Part shown: piece by piece, positions 1 through 10,017 of the stretch
Layout: each line of letters opens with the position of its first letter
Numbering within the stretch: the stretch's first letter is position 1
Assembly (NCBI GenBank): GCA_016840085.1
Contig: JAEOTA010000081.1
Coordinates: 96,001-160,000, forward strand
DNA from: Promethearchaeota archaeon
Lineage (GTDB): Archaea > Asgardarchaeota > Lokiarchaeia > Sigyniarchaeales > SOKP01
DNA length: 64,000 bases
Direction of reading: 5' to 3'
Notes under the pieces: model-generated
Told to the model about the DNA's origin: nothing
What the model saw: only the letters and a program-made list of their open reading frames with translations
Databases searched by the model: none
Made by a program: the position numbers and the translations under genes

Positions 1-316
1 AATTTTCTGAACCTCTTATCTTCTTTTAAATACAATTAAACTGCCAAAAAACGAGGTAAGGTTTCTAAATCAATAAAATTAAAATTATCTTTATATTCAA
101 CCATATTAAGAAAAATCTTCAATGGGGTTAAGTCCTATAATTCTAAAAAATGATTAATTATTGTAGAGATAAGTAGGGAAATATCTTAAAAACGTAAATT
201 TTCTAACTTAAAAACGTGTTAATATATTGTATAATTTTAGATTAGATAATTGGTTTAGGATTTGAATAATACTTGAATTTTTGTTAATTAATTTCTTGAA
301 ATTTTTCCAAATCTTT

Positions 317-562
317 TTTATATTATGACAATAATACAACTTGCAAATGATTAATGATTATGGGGATGCCAATCTTGGGTTAAAACAACTAAGGAATTGC
401 TGTTTTTGAAAATCTCAGCAACGACATTAATACCATCTATTATTAGATCTCATTCCTCAACCGGTAATGAGCCTTCTGGTAAAAATCATTTTGAATATCA
501 ACAATTATTAATGCGTCTTTATCATCAATCTTAATATCTTTTTCAAATTCTAATTGTTCCAT
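317..562 (-). pseudogene. pncA: Nicotinamidase/pyrazinamidase (isochorismatase family) 5' fragment, degraded
   Basis: Manual translation from ATG 562: MEQLEFEKDIKIDDKDALIIVDIQNDF / frameshift in a T-run near 481-485 / LPEGSLPVEE*DLIIDGINVVAEIFKNSNSLVVLTQDWHPHNH*SFAS. The ALIIVDxQNDF and TQDWHPxxHxSFAS motifs are typical of PncA. One frameshift, two stops, C-terminal half absent. Confidence 0.85.
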
Positions 563-614
563 GATATATCCAAATTTTGAGGTCGTATTGAATTCTAATA
601 CCATCTAATAATAA

Positions 615-1286
615 TTAAATTTTTTTATATAACAAATAGCTTGAATTAAATAAATACCAAAATAGTATGGAAAAAATCACGATCCATTCAGTAGTAGGCA
701 AAATAGTGAATATTGCTCGACCAAGAGAGTAACATATATTAATATAAAGATTGCAATAATTTGTTATAAAAAATGGTATTAAATAAAATACAAAAATCCC
801 TGCTACGATAAATCCAACATATGCTGCGAGTTTTGAAAATTCTGTATTTTTTAACATAGCAATACTAAAAAGTGTACAAAAAATTGCACCACCTACCCAT
901 GAAAATAGAGCAAATAAACCATGTACATCTGAAAAAATCCCACCAGAAAAAGATGCTGTGAGTATAGCACTCACAGAAGAAAAAATCCCAGTTATAATAG
1001 CGCTTTTTCTTAAATTCTCATTTACATTTTCATGTTGTATGGCTCTTCCCATGTAAATTATAAAAGGAATTGAAAATGATGAAGAAATTATAATTCCTAA
1101 TCTCAAATATATTCCGCCAGTTTTACCTCCCAATACACTTATTGATTTCTTCCACATTATATATTCAGGAGATAGAAAAAGTGCAATAATATCTCCACAA
1201 AATCCAATAATAAATGTTAGCAATCCAAAAATGTATCCGGGTAAGAAATTAAAGAGCTTATCAAAAAATTTATTTACTTTTTTCAT
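615..1286 (-). CDS. Polytopic membrane protein, DUF998/Frag1-like
   Basis: 223 aa with about 5-6 hydrophobic segments; SISVLG, a His in TM4 (DVHGLFA) and a C-terminal EW resemble DUF998/Frag1-DRAM-Sfk1 proteins. Confidence 0.55.
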   Translation of the reverse strand: MKKVNKFFDKLFNFLPGYIFGLLTFIIGFCGDIIALFLSPEYIMWKKSISVLGGKTGGIYLRLGIIISSSFSIPFIIYMGRAIQHENVNENLRKSAIITGIFSSVSAILTASFSGGIFSDVHGLFALFSWVGGAIFCTLFSIAMLKNTEFSKLAAYVGFIVAGIFVFYLIPFFITNYCNLYINICYSLGRAIFTILPTTEWIVIFSILFWYLFNSSYLLYKKI

Positions 1287-1329
1287 ACTAATTATTCTAT
1301 ATTTTATGATTTAAAAAAATTTATTAATA

Positions 1330-1598
1330 ACTTGAAAAATGTGGGTACAAAGAGTAATTTGATTTCATAAAATTAGAAATAAACTTTTTATTATTCTCTA
1401 ACTCAAGATACATCTTTTTAACACTAATTAGGTTTTTTCACTTCTGAATTCGAATCCTCGAATAGTATTAAATAAGGTTGGTTGAGGTAAGGAGGAATAT
1501 AGGCCTTTTCCTTCTATTGTAAATATTCCACTATCTATTACTTCTTTATCATCTACACAATCTCTTAAAAGCTGTATAATTTTTTGAAATATTGGCAT
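1330..1598 (-). pseudogene. Frameshifted fragment of a soluble protein (possibly a roadblock-like domain)
   Basis: MPIFQKIIQLLRDCVDDKEVIDSGIFTIEGKGLYSSLPQPTLFNTIRGFEFRSEK continues after a shift in the A-run near 1433-1438 as NLISVKRMYLELENNKKFISNFMK. The family call is recollection of Lokiarchaeal proteins only. Confidence 0.4.
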
Positions 1599-1905
1599 AG
1601 ATGGAAAATTAATCAGTGTCAGAAATAAGTAGAATTTTTTGCAAATTAATTTTTTTGCTAAGCACAAAAAAAGCGATATCTAAATTCAAAATCTTCAAAA
1701 AATTTTTATATAAGGTTACTTTCTGATTCATTTAAAATTCTTCAGTTTTATATGAGAACCGATTTTAACAAATTTCTATTTATTAAATCTTTTATGGATA
1801 GTTTATGTATATAATGCTTAATATTTAGTGTTGAGTTATTACAGAGTACTTAAAATAGTATTAAAACATTATCAAAAATCAAATAAACCTTAAATAAATT
1901 ATAAA

Positions 1906-3378
1906 ATGCTAAATAAAACTCATAAAATTGAATTTATTCACTATATTTATTTAGGTTATTTTATCTTACTTTCAATTGTTGTGCTTTTTCCTTTAGAATT
2001 TATTCTTGTTTTATTACCTGACGATAGCTATTATTATTTCGAAATAGCCAAGAATGTAGCATTAAAAGGGGAATCCACATTCGATACAATTAATAAAACT
2101 AACGGCTTTCAACCATTATGGTTGATTTTATTAGTGCTAATATTCTTTTTTAAATTAGATTTAGTTCTAACTATTAGAATTATCATTCTATTTTCTGGAA
2201 TCATTCTTTTCATTACTTTAATTTTCATAAAGAGATTAGTTAAATTATTATTTGATAATAAAACTGCTGAATTCTGTGTAATGCTTTATGCTTTCAATCC
2301 TTTATATATTGTTCTAAATTTAGATGGGACTGAAGCAGCTTTAAATGGTCTTCTTTTATCTGGGCTGTTTTACTATGCATTCAAAACTAATTTTGAAAAT
2401 ATGAATGAAAAGGATTTTTTAATCTTTGGTTTTCTTCTTTCTTTATCTTTTTTGACAAGGACAGATAATATAATATTAATATCGTGTATTATTAGCTTTG
2501 TAACTTTCTCTGGAATGATTGAAATTAGAAGAGAAAACTTAAAAAATCTCTTTTATTTTACTCTTGCTCTTTCCCCCTTGCCTTTAATTTACATTTCCTG
2601 GAATTTAATTAATTTTAATCATTTTTTACCTATTAGTGGTGTTGTATTTGGTATATCATTTACTTCAGTATTAATTTATCAGATGGTAATCGTAATAATC
2701 TGCTCTACTTTGGGTTTAATATGTAGAAAACGTGAATATAGCGAAAAAGCACTTAAAATATTAATTCTATTAATTATAGCACCAATCCTACATCTTTCTT
2801 ATTATTTATATAATGAAATTGCGGGTCATGGAAGATTTGCTGAATGGTATTTTGTCTTACCATTCATTTGTTTAACGATTTTTGCTTCATTTGCATTAAT
2901 TAGTATTTTTAGAAAGATAACGCTCTATTCAAAATCTTCAGATATTAAAAGACGTAATATTAAAATAAGGGCTCTTCAACTTACTTCTATTTCTCTTCTA
3001 TTTATTATTTTTGTTCCACTCATCGCGGGGGGTAGAATTGACAATGGAGCCAGATATCACGCATCAATATGGATAAATGAAAATACTCCTGAGGATTCTA
3101 TTATTGCATCTGCTAATGCTGGTTGTTTGGGTTATTTTACAGATCGACCACTCATCGAAATAGGTGGTCTTGTAAATAGTTATGAATTTTTCGAAAAATA
3201 CAAAGGTAATAAAACCGCTTTTTTAATTGAAGGAGATTACGATTATTATTTAGACAGAAAAATGTATATCCCTCTTTCAAATGCTAAAATGGAAGAATTA
3301 GGTTTGATATTGGTTAAAGAAATTGAAGAACCAAGGAGAGAGGGATGGAATATTGAAATTTGGCATAATCCAAGTTAA
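1906..3378 (+). CDS. GT-C-like (ArnT/PMT-related) membrane glycosyltransferase
   Basis: 490 aa polytopic protein; DDSYYYFEIAKN...TNGFQPLW after TM1, GTEAAL, LTRTD and a C-terminal AGCLGYF...GLVNS soluble domain. Confidence 0.7.
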   Translation: MLNKTHKIEFIHYIYLGYFILLSIVVLFPLEFILVLLPDDSYYYFEIAKNVALKGESTFDTINKTNGFQPLWLILLVLIFFFKLDLVLTIRIIILFSGIILFITLIFIKRLVKLLFDNKTAEFCVMLYAFNPLYIVLNLDGTEAALNGLLLSGLFYYAFKTNFENMNEKDFLIFGFLLSLSFLTRTDNIILISCIISFVTFSGMIEIRRENLKNLFYFTLALSPLPLIYISWNLINFNHFLPISGVVFGISFTSVLIYQMVIVIICSTLGLICRKREYSEKALKILILLIIAPILHLSYYLYNEIAGHGRFAEWYFVLPFICLTIFASFALISIFRKITLYSKSSDIKRRNIKIRALQLTSISLLFIIFVPLIAGGRIDNGARYHASIWINENTPEDSIIASANAGCLGYFTDRPLIEIGGLVNSYEFFEKYKGNKTAFLIEGDYDYYLDRKMYIPLSNAKMEELGLILVKEIEEPRREGWNIEIWHNPS

Positions 3379-3391
3379 TATTTTTTATATT

Positions 3392-3414
3392 GAATTTTTT
3401 TTTAAAAAAAAATC
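3392..3414. terminator. T9A9 palindromic tract, possible bidirectional oligo-T terminator
   Basis: gaa-T9-A9-tc about 15 bp after the stop of 1906..3378; oligo-T is present on both strands. Confidence 0.3.
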
Positions 3415-3754
3415 ACTTTAAGAAATAGAATTATTATTAACATAGGCTTAGAGCCTTGTAGTGTTTTTATTATTTTGATGCTAAATTAAAAAGTGGGATT
3501 GTTCTTTTTTGTTAATTGTTATAAAAAATACTTTAATACATGTAAAAAAGATATTCATAAGCATTACAAAAAAAAGTTTCTTAACTTATTTTTTCTTAAA
3601 TTCTTCAAATCGTAAATTTAATTTGAAATTCAAATTTTTTTTTTTTATCTCCCAGCACTTTCTAAAAAAATCCATAAAAATCTCTCTGGATACACAAATA
3701 TTTTGTATAGTAAAAATATAGAAACTTATTTTACTATACACTAAGTATATTGCT

Positions 3755-4588
3755 TTGAAAACGTTGTTACCATCCCAGAAATCAAGTTATGATTCCACAA
3801 ATACAAATAGAAAGGGTCAATATTAAAGTTATCTTTTTCCTGATCTAAAAGTTGGTGTAGTAATTCCTACACATAATGAAGAATTGAATATAAGGAAGAC
3901 AATAGAACGTATTCCAAATAATATTTCTAATAAAATGGAAATTATAGTAGTAGACGATGGTTCTGTTGATAATACGTATCAAGTCGCCAGAAAATATGAT
4001 GTACATATTATTAGACATCCTAAAAATAGAGGTAATGGAGCTGCTACAAAAACAGGATTACATTCTTGTAAAAAAAGAAACTGTGATGTTGCAGTTATAT
4101 TAGATGCTGATGGACAACATGATCCGAAGTATCTTAGTGATTTTATTAAACCAATTATAGAAGATACTATTGATTTTGTTATTGGAAACCGATTTAAATA
4201 TCATTATAATATGAATGCATATCGAAAATTTTGTTCAAAATTAATGACTGCTTTTTATTTCCTATTTCTTCGAAAAAAAATATCTGATCCTACTAATGGG
4301 TATCGAGCATTATCCTCAAAGATAATAAATAAAATAGAATTTGAATCAGAATACTCTTTGACTCAAGAGATGCTATTTAAAATTATTCCTAAATACAATT
4401 TCAAAGAAATTCCCGTTGAGGTAGAACAAAGAAAATATGGTCATTCTTTTTTAAAATTAAAAAATTATTTCACTAAAATTATTCTATTCTTCATAAAATA
4501 TTATATCTTTCCTAAAATCACATGGATTACCCATAGATTATTAAGTAAAGAGACTAGAGTCAGAATGGGAAATATTTTAAAAACTTAG
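3755..4588 (+). pseudogene. GT2 polyprenol-phosphate glycosyltransferase (DPM1/DPG-like) with an in-frame stop near the 5' end
   Basis: The conserved KVGVVIPTHNEE strand (3848-3883) lies upstream of the called TTG 3884. The frame extends to TTG 3755 but has TAA at 3824-3826. VDDGS, DADGQHDP and DPTNGYRA motifs are intact. Confidence 0.7.
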
Positions 4589-4664
4589 AACTGAGCATTG
4601 ATATAAGATTATTATAAGACCAAGAAGAAATTAGTGTTTAAATATGTTTGTGAAATAAATCTTT

Positions 4665-6950
4665 TTAAATAACCCAATAGAGTGGATTTTCTTGTCCATA
4701 TTCATTCTTTGCTGAATATATCTTATTTAAATAAGATAAACTATAATATCTCTCGATTTCTTCATTTGTTAAGTGACCATATACTTCCCACCCTATAACC
4801 AAATAATATTTATTATCTAATGTTATATAAACATCAGAATCATATTTATTTTTTAGTTCTTGTAATATATTAAACCCAGTTTCATTAAAGTGATTATCAG
4901 GTGGAAATAAATTTAATTCATGCCTTAAAAAATAATGAATTTCATTACATTGTAGCTCTCGGGTATTGTTATCATAAGGATAATCATAAAAGATAAATAT
5001 ATAATTGAATCCAAATTCAGTAATTATTACACTTTTTTTATAATTATTTTCTGAATACCACTTAATACCGCTTACTTCCTGCTGTTTCAAACTAACATCA
5101 TTTATAGTAAAAAATTCATGTATATAAGAAGAAAATAATGAAAAAGTAATAAAAACAATAAAAAATAATTTAATTCTCTTTCTCCTGATTTTATCTATTC
5201 TTATAAGTTTATGAATATAGGCTCCATATCCTATAGCTATTATTGGAGAGGACATATAAAATATTCTTACAAAATACATTTGACTTGGAAATATCATGTC
5301 AAAAATTAGCACTACTATTAACATTAACATTAGAATTAAGCCCCAAATTAATAATACTTTACCTTTAGGTTTTTTTTGAAATAAAATTAATCCCCAAATT
5401 CCAAAAATAATAATAAAAAAAAGTTCAATTACTACAAAGATAGTTGTCAGTATTAATTTAAAGAGAAATAAATTACCAATAATAAACATAGTAACTATAA
5501 TTATTACAATAATAATTGAAATAGGGATAATAAACTTATCTTCAATTTTCTTATAGATATTAGATTTTTCTCCTATAATTGTTGCCTCATATCTTCCATT
5601 CGTAAAAATAATTGATTTTTTTATCCTCCAAATTAATAAGCTCAGTGGTAACACTAAAATACATGCTAGAAAAACAAATTCTTTCCAATATGTTACAATT
5701 TTATTTAAAAACCAAAAATGCTCAGATCCAAAGCCAAAATTATAAAGAATTATAAAAACTATTGATAATATCGACAATAATATAAAATCTATGCCTCTCT
5801 TAATATCTTTAATAAAATAAATGAAATAAATCCACATAAAGGATATTAGTAATAATATTGTGGTAAGTGAATGAGTAAGCGTAGCACTAATAAATACTAT
5901 TATTATTAAGGAGTAATAAAATAAAATATCTTTAAACAAAATATTTCTTGTTGGTCTGTTTAATTGAACTAAAGTTATTATTCGTGAATAAAAAAGATAA
6001 AAAATAAATAAACCTTGTATTAATGCTAAACTCGATGGCCAGTATTGATACATCATATAATTAAACCCCACATAAGAAAACTCTAAAATAAATACCCCAA
6101 ACAAAGCTAGATTTTTATTTTTGAAAATTTTCACTAGTAAATTATAAAAAACTAACGCAGACAATAAAATTGTATAAAATGTGAAATATTTGGGAATTAA
6201 GATTACATCTAAACCTGAGAAAAAATGAAATATCGAACTAAATATGTGGAATCCTAAGCTGCCATAATATTCATTTAAAGGTAAAATATTCATTTCTGAT
6301 ATCATTTTGATAATTGTGATATGTAACCAAGGATCTGTTCCATAAAAAAAGTCAAATCTTACAACATTTAAAATACAATTCAATATTAAGAAAATAATTA
6401 ATAAAACACAATTTAGATGAATTTTACTTTTTATCAACTTTAATATTGAAAAATCTTTCCCTATGAAATCTATTGGTAATAAAGATTTATAAGATCCAAA
6501 TAATTTGTATCTCCGTGTTTTAATTTCAGCTATAATTATATATGAAAATATTGAAAAAAAGACAATAGTTGTAAAATAATAAATAAAAATTCCTGTTATT
6601 TTATTTATTATAAAGAAACTAATATATCCTAATAAGATATAATATGATAAATTAATAATTAACGTAAAACTTAATTTTTCTAAAATAGTAAAACTTTTTT
6701 TCTTAAATATTATAAAAAAGATAGGATAACTAGGTATAAATAGAATGTAGTAAATAGAACTCAAGAGAACTAAAGAGTTAAACAAGAAGTTTAAAAAAGG
6801 AATATTATTAGTCCCTATTATACCATTTAAATTAAGCAATTTGAATAAAATCAATAATGCAGAAAATAAGGAAAAAAGAAAACTAATAAAAACTACTCTT
6901 GCTTTCAAAAAAAAGAGAATTTTAAAAAAAAATATTTTCCAATTTTTCAT
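4665..6950 (-). CDS. Large polytopic membrane protein, GT-C-like
   Basis: 761 aa with many TM segments; GTDPWLH loop motif, YYGSLGFH, LTHSLT and a C-terminal soluble domain. Confidence 0.55.
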   Translation of the reverse strand: MKNWKIFFFKILFFLKARVVFISFLFSLFSALLILFKLLNLNGIIGTNNIPFLNFLFNSLVLLSSIYYILFIPSYPIFFIIFKKKSFTILEKLSFTLIINLSYYILLGYISFFIINKITGIFIYYFTTIVFFSIFSYIIIAEIKTRRYKLFGSYKSLLPIDFIGKDFSILKLIKSKIHLNCVLLIIFLILNCILNVVRFDFFYGTDPWLHITIIKMISEMNILPLNEYYGSLGFHIFSSIFHFFSGLDVILIPKYFTFYTILLSALVFYNLLVKIFKNKNLALFGVFILEFSYVGFNYMMYQYWPSSLALIQGLFIFYLFYSRIITLVQLNRPTRNILFKDILFYYSLIIIVFISATLTHSLTTILLLISFMWIYFIYFIKDIKRGIDFILLSILSIVFIILYNFGFGSEHFWFLNKIVTYWKEFVFLACILVLPLSLLIWRIKKSIIFTNGRYEATIIGEKSNIYKKIEDKFIIPISIIIVIIIVTMFIIGNLFLFKLILTTIFVVIELFFIIIFGIWGLILFQKKPKGKVLLIWGLILMLMLIVVLIFDMIFPSQMYFVRIFYMSSPIIAIGYGAYIHKLIRIDKIRRKRIKLFFIVFITFSLFSSYIHEFFTINDVSLKQQEVSGIKWYSENNYKKSVIITEFGFNYIFIFYDYPYDNNTRELQCNEIHYFLRHELNLFPPDNHFNETGFNILQELKNKYDSDVYITLDNKYYLVIGWEVYGHLTNEEIERYYSLSYLNKIYSAKNEYGQENPLYWVI

Positions 6951-7066
6951 TAGTTTGAGTAATTTTAATTCAATTATAAGTCTGTGTACTTTCTAAGAAA
7001 TAAAATTTTAGTCAATATTTAATTCTAATATTTCGTTTTTTAGAATTATTTAATGTTATTTTCTGA

Positions 7067-8728
7067 ATGGTTACTTTAATGACTTATGATGACAAGGATG
7101 AAACTGAAAAAATTACAAGTGAACATAGAAATCTCGCAAAAAATTCTTTTTACTCAATTTTAAATACTTATGGCACTTTTTTATTTACTTTAATTATAAC
7201 TTTTTTTATTGCTAGATTAATTTCTAAGGAAGCGTGGGGATATCTAATTCTAGCAAATTCTTATATTCTTATTATTACAATAATTCTAACTTTTTTACCG
7301 CCTGGCTTAAACCAAACATTAAATTATTTTATTCCACGTTATTACGCTTTAAACCAAATAAGCAGATTGAAGTCGCTAATAAAGTACTCACTTATTTTAA
7401 AAATCATATTTTTAATTCCTGTGTTTTTTATAAGTTTTTTACTTTTTATTTTTTTATCAGATTTATTTGCATTAAATCTGACAGAGGAAAATTTAAACCT
7501 TTTATTTCTATTATCTCCTCTTATAATCATTAATAGTTTGGAAATTATATTTAATTCTATTAATCAAGGGTTCAACAAATATAACCTTCTTTTTATTTTG
7601 CTAATACTAAAATACTCAATATATATTGGGTTTTTAGCTTATTTTTTTTTCTTTCTTAAGACTATTACTCTTGAAACCCTAGTTATTACTAACGTTATTG
7701 CTTCTTTAATTTCTTTTATATTGAACTTCTTAATTATTTTAAAAATATATATTAAAATTAAAACTGATAAACAAATATCAAAATTTTCTAAAGAAGATCT
7801 ACAAAGAATTATAAAATATGGTATTCCCGTCAGAGTAGGGAAATTTTTAACTGAAATTTGGGTTGAAATCCAAACTCAAGCAATAAGTATATTTGAATCA
7901 TCAGACCAAATAACAGGTTTTAACATATCAAGAACATATTTATCTATCTCTGTAAATATTTTAGCTTCTTTATCATCTCCATTAACGATTTCTTTTTCAA
8001 GAATTATTGCTAAAAATGGAACAAATCGTATTGAATCATTATATAATCTTTTTGTAAAATACTCTTTATTTATGTATTTACTAATAACTGGTATCTTATA
8101 CTACGTAGTAGATTTTTTTATTGTTGTAATATTAGGAGAGACTTATTTAGTTTATTCAGAGCTCATAAAAATCTATCTCTTTTCTTATTTATTCTTGATC
8201 TTTGCTAGTCCATTTGACGCTCTCATGTTAGCTGAAAATAAGGCAAAATATATTGCCCAAATTAGGTTTTATGGTTTGTTGGTACGGGCACCACTATTTT
8301 TTATTTTATTAATAAATTTTGGTATGATTCCTGCCTTTTATGGAATTTTAATTAGTAATTTCTTATATGGCATTGGTTATTTGTTGTTCACGATTAAAAT
8401 TGGTAGGATAAAATTAAACTTTAAAAACATATTCTTTCAATATATTATATATTTCGTTTCTTTGGGTATTTCAATGATTCTACACATTTTTTTTGTTAAT
8501 AAGTGGAATTTTTTGATATTAAAGCAGTTAAATCTTCTCTTTTTTCAAAATTTTTATTTCTTATCATTAATTATTTTTATTTTTATTTTCATTCTCTTAA
8601 GTGTGGTTTTCAAGGTTTTTACAAAGAACGATATTGAGAATTTAAAAGGTTTCTTTAATAAGGAGAAAAAATTACATAGGTTTAGTAATAAAGTCTTAAA
8701 GATATTAAAAAAGATCTTTAGAGATTAA
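7067..8728 (+). CDS. Oligosaccharide flippase (Wzx/MOP family)
   Basis: 553 aa with about 14 TM segments; LAKNSFYS...IARLISKEAWG N-terminus typical of Wzx/RfbX. Confidence 0.85.
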   Translation: MVTLMTYDDKDETEKITSEHRNLAKNSFYSILNTYGTFLFTLIITFFIARLISKEAWGYLILANSYILIITIILTFLPPGLNQTLNYFIPRYYALNQISRLKSLIKYSLILKIIFLIPVFFISFLLFIFLSDLFALNLTEENLNLLFLLSPLIIINSLEIIFNSINQGFNKYNLLFILLILKYSIYIGFLAYFFFFLKTITLETLVITNVIASLISFILNFLIILKIYIKIKTDKQISKFSKEDLQRIIKYGIPVRVGKFLTEIWVEIQTQAISIFESSDQITGFNISRTYLSISVNILASLSSPLTISFSRIIAKNGTNRIESLYNLFVKYSLFMYLLITGILYYVVDFFIVVILGETYLVYSELIKIYLFSYLFLIFASPFDALMLAENKAKYIAQIRFYGLLVRAPLFFILLINFGMIPAFYGILISNFLYGIGYLLFTIKIGRIKLNFKNIFFQYIIYFVSLGISMILHIFFVNKWNFLILKQLNLLFFQNFYFLSLIIFIFIFILLSVVFKVFTKNDIENLKGFFNKEKKLHRFSNKVLKILKKIFRD

Positions 8729-8741
8729 GAAATAATATTTA

Positions 8742-9986
8742 TTATATTATATATTTTAAAAACAGATTTAGTTTATTCAATAGTTTTGTAAAAAGAAAAT
8801 CAATTAAAATTCGAGTGTATTTATAATTCTGCCCTAAACTCAGATAATATTGAAGTAATTTTAATTTAATTTTATCTAAATAATTTACTTTATAAGATTT
8901 AACTCTAATTGGATATAATGATTTATTTTTAGCTAAAACCCTAGCATATAAGAAATTTTTATATTTTTTCTTAATATTTTGAGATAATAATATTTTTACC
9001 AATTTCTCTTCCTTCAGATCGAAAATTGAAGCAAACGACTCTATAATTTCTTTACCTTTTGATGTTCTAATTATGATATTAGAGTTACCTTCCTTATTTT
9101 GTTTTTTTTTTATATAACAATCTCCGAAAGAAATATCTGATAACCTATTCAGCTTATCAAAACAAAAAAGGCATCTATTCAAATTAAAATATTTTTTAAG
9201 TGATATTCGAATAGTTCTATCTAAAATTAAACTTCGACCAGAATTAAACACAATTTTTGAATGTCCTGGCCACCCATATTTTTCTTTTGTGCGATAATAG
9301 AACTCATCAGTATTTTCCTTAGATTTACCATAAAGGTCGTTAATAATTTTAAGAAAATTAAAGTTTAAGGTGGCATCACAGAATAATCCTAGAAAAAGTA
9401 AATTTTTTTCTAGTATTTTGTTTTTTCTTATAAATTTTTTGATACCCAATATTTGACAAGGGGTTCCAACGATAATATATTTTTTTTTATCCTTCTCTTT
9501 TAAAATTTCAATAACATTATAAACAGAAGCAGGGATATATTTTGATCCAGCAGATTTAATAATTTCACCAATATCATTAGACATTGCTAAACGTGCGGGG
9601 CGATCATTAGATTTTTGAAATTTAAGGACAAAAGCAGCATCAAATTCTCGATTTTTAATTAATTCAACTATTAATTTTGTAACCAAACCTCCACTTGTTG
9701 ATAATTTTCTGATTTGATTATTTTTACAAAAGCCACTAAAACACTCTATTGAATTTTGTTTGATAATATCCATAAAATTATCTTCTTCCATTAAATCCAG
9801 AGTAAAAATGTCAATACCTGGACAAACTTCTAAACAAATACCACACATATTACACAGATTTTCATTAACTTCTGGGATAAACTGTCCTCTTAATGATCTC
9901 ATAGAAATAGCATTTTCAGGGCAAGCTGAGCTACAAATTTCACAGGATACACATAAATCTAGTGCGACAGTTTTTGTAATATTCAT
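8742..9986 (-). CDS. Ferredoxin + coenzyme F420 hydrogenase/dehydrogenase beta-subunit (FrhB) family oxidoreductase
   Basis: Two CxxCxxCxxxCP motifs, STSGGLVT, GSKY, VGTPCQ, GLFC, RCLFCFD and SDISFGD. Confidence 0.9.
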   Translation of the reverse strand: MNITKTVALDLCVSCEICSSACPENAISMRSLRGQFIPEVNENLCNMCGICLEVCPGIDIFTLDLMEEDNFMDIIKQNSIECFSGFCKNNQIRKLSTSGGLVTKLIVELIKNREFDAAFVLKFQKSNDRPARLAMSNDIGEIIKSAGSKYIPASVYNVIEILKEKDKKKYIIVGTPCQILGIKKFIRKNKILEKNLLFLGLFCDATLNFNFLKIINDLYGKSKENTDEFYYRTKEKYGWPGHSKIVFNSGRSLILDRTIRISLKKYFNLNRCLFCFDKLNRLSDISFGDCYIKKKQNKEGNSNIIIRTSKGKEIIESFASIFDLKEEKLVKILLSQNIKKKYKNFLYARVLAKNKSLYPIRVKSYKVNYLDKIKLKLLQYYLSLGQNYKYTRILIDFLFTKLLNKLNLFLKYII

Positions 9987-10017
9987 AGTTTCAATAATGA
10001 AATTAAATGTTTTCTCT

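Noticed and set aside
3509-3721. 70-aa ORF
   Set aside because: Low-complexity translation across A/T runs, with no motif.
8742-9986. F420-reducing hydrogenase (methanogenesis)
   Set aside because: No frhA/frhG or maturation genes; the gene is paired with a pyruvyltransferase.
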